This document shows, one piece after another, positions 1 through 64,000 of a stretch of 64,000 nt of DNA. The translations under genes and the position numbers were made by a program. A model generated the notes under the pieces. The model was not told the DNA's origin and searched no databases. It was given only the letters and a program-made list of their open reading frames with translations. Source of the stretch: the human T2T-CHM13v2.0 reference genome, Homo sapiens; the NCBI RefSeq assembly GCF_009914755.1, contig NC_060938.1, one strand, 5' to 3'. Every line of letters starts with the position of its first letter. Position 1 is the first letter of the stretch.

Positions 1-724
1 GAACCAAGGGCTAAGGCAGGCTGACGCTCCGGAGTCCGCTGCTCTCTGTGCGTCACAGGCAGGAAGTCCAGCTACCTGCAGCCACTGGGGGGCATGGTGG
101 GAGCCAGGCCCTCCAGCTCGGGGCGGCGCGCCTTCCTCCACGCTGGATTCATTTGTTTGTGGGAGGGAGGGCAGCACAACTTTGACAGTCCCATCTGCTC
201 TGCCTTTGGTGACATCCCAAGGTGAGGTCAGTATTCTCTGCCCTCAAGGCCCTCTCAGAGGTCTGAGAATTTTTGATGGATCTTACAAACCAAAACCAAA
301 GAAATCCAACAGAAAAAAATACCAGAAAATATTACTATAGCCTGGACTATTTTAGAGTTTATGACACTCAGCTGTCCAGTTACACGGTCTGTATTCCACA
401 GGGATATGGACAACATGCCCTCACATACACACACGCGCACCCACTCCCACCCTCTGGCACCCATCCTCCCCTGCGCTGTGCACGAGGGAGCAGCCCAAGA
501 GGCGCTGTCCTCTCCGTGGTGCTGTGGACGGAGCTGCGGCTCTCTCCCGGCTCTCTCCAATGCTGGGTTCCATTCCAGCTGCACTCCCAGAGCTGGGTCC
601 TGGTGAGCAGCAGAATTCTTCGGGCTCCTTAGGCAGCTTCCTCATGGCCGGATGGTCCAGTACTGCTTCCCAGCTGGCTCTCCTGGGAAGTTCCTGGACC
701 CAGGCTGGAATCTTTGCAGTGGCC
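1..724 (-). other. POMT2: POMT2 3' UTR (continues past the window start)
   Basis: Downstream of TGA at 725-727; no AATAAA seen on the minus strand within this stretch. Confidence 0.85.
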
Positions 725-44158
<43,434 letters not shown>

Positions 44159-44531
44159 TCACTGCAGCGGAGCGCGGGGCCCCGGGCTCGGGGCGGGGCG
44201 GGCAGCGTGGTCGCGGCCCGGGCCGCTAGGAGGCGGCAGGAGGCGCAGAGCATGTCGGGACCGGGAGGGCCGGCCGGCCCGGGGCGGGGGGGACTGGGCA
44301 GGAGGGGTCGGGCTCAGGGAACTGCAACTCCCAGCAGCCCCCAGGTACGGGGCGTGGCGGGAGAGCTGGGCGAGCCAGAGGCGACCGGAAGGATCTTTCT
44401 AGTCCAGCCCCTCGCTTTACCCGGACGAAAGACACGGGCCTGATTCGTCGAGTCTCACTGAGCCTTAGTCGTCGGCAGGTCCCAGGCGCGAAGTTTCTCG
44501 GCCTGGAGGAGGGGGTCGCGCGAAGTGCCAG

Positions 44532-54557
<10,026 letters not shown>

Positions 54558-54822
54558 CTCCCAAATCCTGCCCCGTTGGCACAGGGCCACAGGAGCAGAA
54601 GCTGGGTGGGCTGAAGAGGCCTGGAAACGAGAGTCTTAATTGAGGAGATGGGAGACTCGAACTCTAGCCCTGGATCTGCCTTCCTGCTGAAACTTGTTCC
54701 ACCTCAGTCCCCTCATCTGTCACACGCATGTGGGGTGGAGTAGGGAGATGCGGGGAGCAGGGTGGGCAGGAATACTGTTATCTATGTGACGGGGCAGTCG
54801 TGAGGCTGAGATGAGAATGCGG

Positions 54823-54941
54823 ATTAAAATGCCTGGCGTGCTCACCGTAACACCACGGGGAAGGCTGTGTGCCTTTTCTCATCCGCTTTTGTTGTGTGTG
54901 ACTCCAAAGAATGCCCGCGCTGAAATTTGGCGTGAATTAAA
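54823..54941 (+). terminator. GSTZ1: GSTZ1 poly(A) signals: ATTAAA at 54823-54828 and 54936-54941
   Basis: Variant hexamers each followed by GT/T-rich sequence. Confidence 0.7.
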
Positions 54942-55241
54942 CTGAAGCCCAGGCCTCTACCTTGTTTGTCTAAGACTGAGCTAGGTTCCAGAAGATGAAC
55001 ACTGTCCCTAGCTGGAATCCCCTGTGCCTGGACCAGTAGAGGAAGTCAGTCAGCCACTTGCCTACCCTGTGGCAGGCCTGGCCCATGGGACCTAAGGGCA
55101 ATGATGAGAAATATACCCAAAAGCCTGCCTGAAAGAATCAGACAAGATCCAGGGAGATAACAGATAGAAGCAGGAAAGCATCTAGTGACTGGCTGAGTTC
55201 TCAGGGCTAGGAATGGTACCGTTGTTAAATGTTCCACTCCA

Positions 55242-55522
55242 GGCTGGGCGCAGTGGCTCATGCCTATAATCCCTGCACTTTGGGAGGCCGAGGCAGGTGG
55301 ATCACTTGAGGTCAGGAGTTCAAGACCAGCCTGGCCAACATGGTGAAACCCCGACTCTACTAAAAATACAAAAATTAGCCGGGTGTAGTGGCAGGTGCCT
55401 GTAGTCCCAGCTGAGGTGGGAGAATGGCTTGAACCTGGGAGGTGGAGGTTGCAGTGAGCCGAGATTGCACCAGTGCACTCCAGCTTGGGAGATAGAGTGA
55501 GACTCCATCTAAAAAAAAAAAA
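55242..55522 (+). mobile_element. Alu
   Basis: Dimer; TSD TTCCACTCCAG. Confidence 0.95.
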
Positions 55523-55869
55523 CATATTCCACTCCAGCACTGAGAGGCCATTTGGCCCTCTCAACCAGTCCCTCGTCTTCAGGGCCAGCATTCTCCAGAC
55601 CAGTCCCAGGATTAGGCACTCGGGGTAAATCCAGTCACAGATGGTGCTGGGAATGGGAGGCAGGCTCCCCCGTGGGCAGTGTGAGCAGCTACTGACCAGG
55701 CCAGCTTAGGAGACCAAGCAGGTAGCAGTGTACCACAGGCTGCCCTGGAGGGAGCAAGTTCCCATGCTTGGCAGTGTTCAGGCAGAACCAGGACCACCTC
55801 TGGGCAGAGATGCCGTACAGAGATTGGGGTAGCTTCTGGGGATGAAATGAGATGACTTTTTAGGAGCTT

Positions 55870-55962
55870 TACCTCTTGAAGGCCCCACCTCTGAATACTG
55901 TTGTATTGGAGATTAAGTTTCAACATGAATTTTAGAGGGGACATAAACATTTAAATCGTAGC
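55870..55962 (-). mobile_element. MaLR (MST/MLT-like) LTR fragment
   Basis: AGGCCCCACCTC..AATACTG...TTAAGTTTCAACATGAATTT.AGAGGGGACA.AAACATT.AAA.C.TAGCA. Confidence 0.7.
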
Positions 55963-56363
55963 AAAGACCATCACCTTTTTACAGGACATTTTCCAGTAGG
56001 GGCTTCTCTCAAACGGATGAGTGGTAAGTCAAGTCCTTCCTTTCCATATCACACTCAGCAGACACCTGATCCTGATATGCTAGAGGCACAGGGAGACTAG
56101 ATATGTACGTGGTCTTCCCAGAGTGGGAGTGGCCACAGTGAAGGAAGAACAATGATGGAGGGGCCTGATACTGGTAATTCCAACTCTATGGAAGTAACAA
56201 GTCCCCAGAAATACTTCAGGAGGAGGAAAGCAGTAGGGAGGTGCTATCAGGAAATACCTGAGAACAAAGCAAAAATTATAGGCTGTGTTCCTCAGAAATT
56301 TTACATATCCATTAAGGAAAGTGGCAAACTTACTGGATAAACAGGTGATACACATACTCATAC

Positions 56364-56966
<603 letters not shown>

Positions 56967-57311
56967 TAGATATTTTATTTAAAAAAAATTTTTTTAGAGA
57001 TGGAGTCTCACTGTGTTGCCCAGGCTGATCTTGATCCTCCCGCCTCAGCCTCCCAAGTAGCTGGGCCAGCTCTTACTTCTAAACATAACTTATTTAGCTC
57101 TTGCTTCCAAGGTCACAGCAATTCTACTTTCAGAGAATACTTTGAACTAAGGATAGCTGCTGAGTTTAAGCCAGAAGTGCACAGGTTAAAGAACATCAAG
57201 GCTGAATGTCAAGAGCTGTAATGTGTGAGCTGCCTTTTGTAATCCTGAGCTATGTCAAGGTCAATGATATGACACATATGAATGCTTTTAAAAGTTAAAA
57301 AATAATCTTAA

Positions 57312-57682
<371 letters not shown>

Positions 57683-58406
57683 CTACATGGAATCTGCCTG
57701 GGCTTTTTGTTACTTGTAGGGTAGTTTGGTGATTACATTCAACTGAATTGTTTCAGATCCCTTCTCTTTCATGCTTCAACCTCTAAAATATGTTGCAACA
57801 GAAAGCAGAGAATGATCTAACAGGTTCATTTTAGCATCACAGATATCACTGAAGGAAATATTTAAATGCCACCCTTCCCTGCTCAGATGTGAGTCCTTAT
57901 TCTGCAACAGACACTAGGGATGTGGAGAGGCAGTGTTTTAAAAGACAGCAAAGATATATTATGGTGTCACTTTTTGTAAATGAAAATAGGCTGAATTCAT
58001 ATCACCCAGATTACGTTAATGATTGGCCTGGTATCCGAAGTCGAGGTTCCAAATTTGAACAGAATATCTTCATGGGGAAACAGGCCTCACTGGGACCAAA
58101 TGCTGACATAAAACTCAGAACTTATTAATCATCACTATAAACCCAGTTTTTCCATTCCCAGTTCCCAGGTCATGATACTCTGCCATGAATTTAAATGCAG
58201 ATGAAAGATCTATTATTAATCTTATTCTCAATTTTTTTTCTTTTTAGTTCTTCTTAACTTTCACAATCTTAATAGATTATGAAATAATTCATATGGGCTT
58301 AGAGAATACCTTTCTTAAGGAAGATACATGAAAGACAAAGAATTTAAAATGTAAATCAGGTTCATTAAAATATAACTCAGATGTTACCAGGTGCATAGTG
58401 AAAAAG

Positions 58407-58412
58407 TTTATT
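58407..58412 (-). terminator. Poly(A) signal AATAAA (minus strand)
   Basis: TTTATT on the plus strand, with T-rich sequence downstream on the minus strand. Confidence 0.7.
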
Positions 58413-60755
58413 TATGACAGATTCGAAAACTCAGAAGAGATGACAAAGAACGCACAAAAGCATCACAAAACTGTTACCTAATATAAAACGCAAGAACTGA
58501 GCTACTTGAAGAAGCACAGCTCAGAATCATCAGTGTAATCGCAGTAACACACCCAGTGCCACAGGGTGATAAAAATGGTATTTTAAAAGAAAAACCACTC
58601 AGCAGGACACAAGAATTAAAGTAACAATTTGGTAAGACTCTTAGAAATCACAGATGTTGATAGCATTTCTCATCATAGGGGACATGTAAAACAAGCTGAC
58701 CATAATAAATGATTAGTTGGGATACTTTTGTATTTTAAAGAAAAAAGATAAAACAGTGACACGGTTTCCCTTCCAGACCCTTTTTGTAATGTCAGCAACA
58801 GTACATGATATAGAACAGTAAGAAAATAATGTCTTTGTAGTTGCCAATTGCTTAAATCTTTACGAAGAAAACATGATCATCTTTCAGTCAACTGACTGAT
58901 CTGAGTACATGGCACCAAAGAAAGCCCTTCAGAAAATAGAAGCTAAATGACATAAAGTAGTTTGGAAAATCTTCAAGCACCTCCCTTTATTCCAATTATC
59001 CTTTTCCAAAGTCTGGCTTTCTTATAATCCATCACTTTGATTACAAAACAGCTCTCTTCTGGGAATTTCAAAACACTTCCCGTTACGTTAAGGGAAAATG
59101 GGTACACCAGATTCATGGGTTACAGGATTGCTTTCTCTAGACTTGGCTTCTCTTTAACATGGCTAAATGGAAATAATTTAGCTTGGTTAAATGAAAGCTA
59201 CTTCACTTACAGGATAATCTCAGGAGACATGAGTGGAGTTTTTCATATGGAATTTCTTAGTAAAATGTACTGTTTAGGATATGAGAGACGGAATTAAGAT
59301 AATGTTTTCCAGATGATTCTTGGCCTGATCCTAAGAATCAACAATAACAATCAATAGCAAGGAACATTACACATTCAACCCTGAGTGATGAAGAGAGTTC
59401 AGGAAGAGAGCCCCTTAAACTCTGAATTAAGGGCTCTTTGGTAATATCATATACTATAATATTTCAAACCAAAACTTCAGAAGGGTTCATGATCCTATTT
59501 CAGGACTTTAGAAAATATACTTTGTCCTCTGGAAGCAATTTCACATATATTATTTTGCCCCCAGATAAGCCACAACTACCTGCTTAAATTTTTTTTTAAA
59601 CTATGGAATTAAATAAACATGCATCTCTAGATTTCTAGGGCAACTTTTCATCATATCTTTGAAGAGTCATGACATTAACTCTGGTCCACATACCTGGGGC
59701 CTAAAAAAATCAGGTACATATAATAGGAATCACATCATGAGCCTAATTTCAAAGCCAGTGTCTTGCCTTTGGACTGTGTGTGTGAGGCATGCCTATTTGT
59801 AAATGAGCTCCACTATCATTGGTTTTAGGCAATAGTGTTTTCTTAGCTTAGAAATTTCTTACCTTAAGAATTCAAACAGGAGGGGCTTTGTTTAGCCTTC
59901 TTGGTTTAGGCAGGGACAATGCAACACTTGAGAGGCAGCAGTGATTTCTGAGCAAAATTCTAAGATATATTCGATAGGTTTGCTCTCCCCTCCCCCCATA
60001 CTCCTACCCTTTGCCCCCTAATTTTATTTTGTTTTCCCTCGTTGTGATCAATTTTAAAAGACAGTTCTCAAGCAGCACAAAACGGTGTAACTTATGCCCC
60101 TCCCTTATGCTCCACTAAAACAAGTCTCTTATGTAAATATTAGGGTCACTCAATTCCACACCTTAGAACCACTGGGGTTAAAAGGCAACCTTCTGCAGAT
60201 AAGTGGTCTTAACAAACAAATATAAAAGCAGACTTTAGAGTCTGGGTTTCAACTAATTCTCTCAAAGAGGGACTGAGCAGGACTCATAAACATAAACTCA
60301 TATTCCCTACAGATTAAGACTTTTTATGATAATACCTAATTCTACTGCTTAATATAAGACAGCGTTCAGATTTCACTCTTCCATATACATATTATAATGG
60401 GACAATATACACTTTTTTAAAAGTCTGAGTTTTTCTTCCCAAAATAACAAAAATATTTTTTAAAGTGCATGTATCAATTCATTAAGAAAAAAATAACTAA
60501 GAATGGTCTAATTCCAAATTGCTACCTACTTCCATGATAAAGCTACCTGTTATCTAAGGATTGAGTTTTAATATCAGAGTCCTGAGGACATGTCATCAAG
60601 CAACAGAGGTTAGCATAAAGCCCTTCCGGAGCAGCTTCACAATCACTCTTGTACTGACATGCCAGTTAGTAAGGAAAACAGCAGAGATCATGGCCTGAGG
60701 GAAGGGGAAAATACAGCACAGATGTATTTTCTTGAAAGATGGAGACCAAGAAACA

Positions 60756-61053
60756 ATTTTTTTTTTTTTGAGACGGAATCTTGCTCTGTTGCCCAGTCTG
60801 GAGTGCAGTGGCATGATCTCGGCTCGCTGCAACCTCTGCCTCCTGGGCTCAAGAAATTCTCCCTGCTTCTGCCTCCAGAGTAGCTGGGATTACAGATGCC
60901 CGCCACCACGCCCAGCTAATTTTTTGTATTTTTAGTAGCGACGGAGTTTCACTATGTTGGCCAGGCTGGTCTCGAACTCCTGGCCTAAGGTGGTCTGCCC
61001 ACCTTGGCCTCCCAAAGTGCTGGGATTACAGGCGTGGGCCACGGCGCCTGGCC
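60756..61053 (-). mobile_element. Alu within the putative TMED8 3' UTR
   Basis: Dimer; TSD CCAAGAAACA.TTTT. Confidence 0.95.
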
Positions 61054-61283
61054 TCCAAGAAACATTTTTATGAAGACCACCTCCTGGGTAACCCATGTTG
61101 AATGAAACAGGTCTGCTAAAAATCAGGGGCTCTCCAACAGAGCCGATATGCAGGGGACATTCTCAGCATTCTCTAATTGGACACTTGTCAAAAGGAACAG
61201 AATGTTAGAATCATCTTTGCCTAGGAATTGGTAGTTTAAAATTTTTACATTTATGCGGGGAGTGTGTGTATACATATATATAC

Positions 61284-62134
61284 AGCAAACCAAAAATAAA
61301 TTCTAAATCCCCCAACCGGCTGAATGGACCCCTGTCTTGGCCCAGGGGATCTCAAAGGAACCTGAAAAACTAGTCCATGATGGGAAGACAGGGTGCCTCA
61401 TATTATGGTCAGATTACAGGGTGCCTCATATTACCCTCTTCCCTTTGGAATTTAAATACAACTGACCAGCATTAACATTAAAACAGAGATCTTAAGACTA
61501 ACCAAACAGACCCTTTGTGGCAATAAAATACCAAATCCCAACCTGACTCTGGTATAGCATCACATGACAGCAGGCCCCAAAGGAAATTTACCCCCCAATA
61601 TATTTATTTGACGTATTTTGAAATGGCCCTACAAAGCTGTCTCTTGTGGGGGAAACTGCATTCTGTAGAGAATCTCCTTCTCTTATTAGGTCTTTTCTGG
61701 AGAGTCTGACACCTTTTAAGGCCTAAAAAGAAAAATTCATCATCTGTTCTCTCTGAAGCCTGCTACCTGGAGGCTTCATCTACATGACTTAAGCCAAGCC
61801 TCCCTTACTTTAACTTAAGCTGACTTCATCTTTTCAGGTAAAGTTTAACTCTCTCAACCAATTGCCAGTCAGGAACTCTTTGATCTACCTCTGACCTGGA
61901 AACCCCCATCTTCAAGATGTCCTGCCTTTCCAGGCCAAACCAGTGTATACCTTACATGTATTGATTTATGGCTTTGCCTGGACCTTCTGTCTCCCTCAAA
62001 TGTATAAAACTGTAACCCGACTACCTCGGGCACATGTTCTAAGAACCTCCTGAGGCCCCATCATGGGCTCTGAACCTTGGCAAAATAAACCTCTAAATGT
62101 ATTGAGACCTGTCTCAGATACTTTTTGGTTTACA
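61284..62134 (+). mobile_element. ERV1 MER4-group solo LTR
   Basis: AAACCAAAAA...TTTTTGGTTTACA inverted ends; AATAAA near 62084; internal motifs typical of MER4D/E. Confidence 0.8.
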
Positions 62135-64000
62135 ATATATTTATATTTCTTTTAAGCTGTTTGCTGAAATTTTTTCACAATAAAACACTGGGGGAAAAGA
62201 AATCAATACTTTAAATATGTCTTCCTTTCTAAAAGGCCCATCTCTCAACAAAGTGGCAAAACTAAAACTAAAGAAATTTAAGAACTCAGTCACTATAGAG
62301 AATTCCAATCTCTCTCCTACTATGAAGCACTTTCTTTCAATTGTTTGTTACTATTTGTTTGTGCTCTAGAGAACAGGGTGAGGATCAAAGCAAACAGTTT
62401 TCATTTCATTGTTTGGGTCTATAAATTTGGACTGGGAGGGGCTGAGGAAATGACTGTCTCTTAGAATTTGCTGGGCTGTGGGTTCTCAGTAATTACCTGT
62501 GCTTCAGTAAGTAGTATCTTGCCCCTAAAGTTCAATTATTTCAGAAATGTAACATGAAAATAGTGAATTAGACAGTGAAAATATCTTCTTTTAGCTATTT
62601 TGTGCTAATGGAACACAGAAACCCTGACAGTTGGTGAAAAACCAGTATGAATGAAATGTAACCATGCCCAGGACTTCAAAAGTGACCAGACCCTAAGAGG
62701 CACACAGAGGTGAGGGGAACAAGTCCCTTAGGCTTCCCTGATGCAACAGAACTAGGATTCCAAAGAAAATAAGCAGAGAATCTCATGGTGAAAATAAATA
62801 ATAACAAGTGTTATCCTTGGGAGCTTGCTGTGTATGGCCTGACTGTTTCAATTTGAGAGAAAGGCAGAAGTTAATAATAAACAGGAAAAATAAGCAAGGC
62901 TTTAGCTGACTAGAAAACAGCTCAGTAGAAAATTATTTTACAAAGATTATATTCAGTTAGCTAAGGCATGATTCAACTTCAATGATGCAAGAGCGGTCAC
63001 TCAGCTATCCAATGGGATGACACACAGCAAATCAGCTCTTCACTGCCTCAACAGACAGTCACTAAAATAATTTCTTTAAAGGTATATAAATGTTGGCCAG
63101 TGTAATCCTCTACAAAACACATTTGCAAATATAAAATAATGGAGGTATGATGCTGCTCAGAGAATGGGAATGCTCTGGCAGTCCCCAACATCCTATCCCA
63201 CTTGGGGCTTTGCTCCGAGGGGAAGAGCAGGTGCAGGATATATTGCCCTTTGATGTGATGTAGATGCTACTAGGGACCCACTGGGAAGAGTCCCGTTCCT
63301 TGAGTTATGCTACTGTAGGGATAGACCCTTGGTGTGAGGAATCTAACAATGAAGGAGTGAGTCAAAGGAAACATCACAAAGAAGGTGACACCTCAGAGGA
63401 GACAAAGGACTCTGAAATCCTGGAATCACGGGATATCTCTGATTGGTTAGGGAATTCCTCTGCACTCAATCTCCAGCAAATGGGCAGATTCCCTCACAAC
63501 TTAGAATTTTTCATGGGGAGTGCTGGACTGTACCCCAAACATGGAGTAAGGTGGCATCATCCATCTCTGAAGGGCCATACTCCTCGCAAAGCCGTCACAG
63601 GACTGACCTACAGAAATAAAACATCATCGCTTCCCAAATTCTCCTAAAAATATCATCTTTAACTCCATAAAAGAGGGGGCTTCAGTGGCTCAGAACAGAT
63701 GGGAAGCCTTCTGAGAAACAGATGGAAACTGTTTCAAAGGCAAAATGAAATGTGCTAAAAAAATAAATACAGTAATAAATAAATCTAATTATTCTTCAGA
63801 ATTCGTAGGCAGTAACAGACATAACACGAGGAGTAAGAGACAGGGAGGTACAAACACAGAGACTGCTGAGGTCCCATCTCACCTCCGTCTCCTCCTCCGC
63901 CTGGGGGCCCAGCAGCTGGTGCTCTGGTGACCACTGGCTGCAGCACTACCTGCACTCTGTGGCACTCCTGAGCCTCAGGGGTGACACAGTAGGAAATGCT

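Larger units (their letters stand above)
58390..64000 (-). other. TMED8: Long 3' UTR of the convergent neighbouring gene, probably TMED8 (CDS outside the window)
   Basis: AT-rich non-coding sequence ending at a minus-strand AATAAA; gene identity from recalled gene order, not from coding sequence. Confidence 0.7.

Noticed and set aside
63264-63647. 127-aa plus-strand ORF
   Set aside because: Antisense to the putative 3' UTR, no domain or splice support

Overview
Human genomic DNA, recognisable from the encoded proteins as the chr14q24.3 POMT2-GSTZ1-TMED8 locus (map position recalled, not derivable from the window). Minus strand: the complete 21-exon POMT2 CDS (44044 to 725; exons sum to 2253 nt = 750 aa + TGA; all introns GT-AG). 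Plus strand, head-to-head across a CpG-island bidirectional promoter: the complete 9-exon GSTZ1 CDS (44532-54557; 651 nt = 216 aa + TAG; Glu32/Gly42/Thr82 haplotype). From about 58390 to the end lies a long minus-strand 3' UTR, probably TMED8. Repeats include about 25 Alus, MIR/L2/L1 remnants, DNA-transposon fossils and LTR elements. Best hunt results: (1) an unexplained 91-bp, 89%-identical ungapped element duplicated on either side of POMT2 exon 15, readable as a structured intronic RNA or a TF-motif cassette; (2) a decayed two-LTR class III provirus (LTR40 type, tRNA-Ser PBS, pro/pol and env-TM remnants) filling most of POMT2 intron 1; (3) an upstream POMT2 ATG 209 nt (70 codons minus 1 nt) from the main ATG, resembling a frameshifted testis-type N-terminal extension; (4) two alternative in-frame first coding exons for GSTZ1, one sharing a CATG palindrome with the POMT2 upstream ATG. 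Repeat subfamily names are by-eye assignments.
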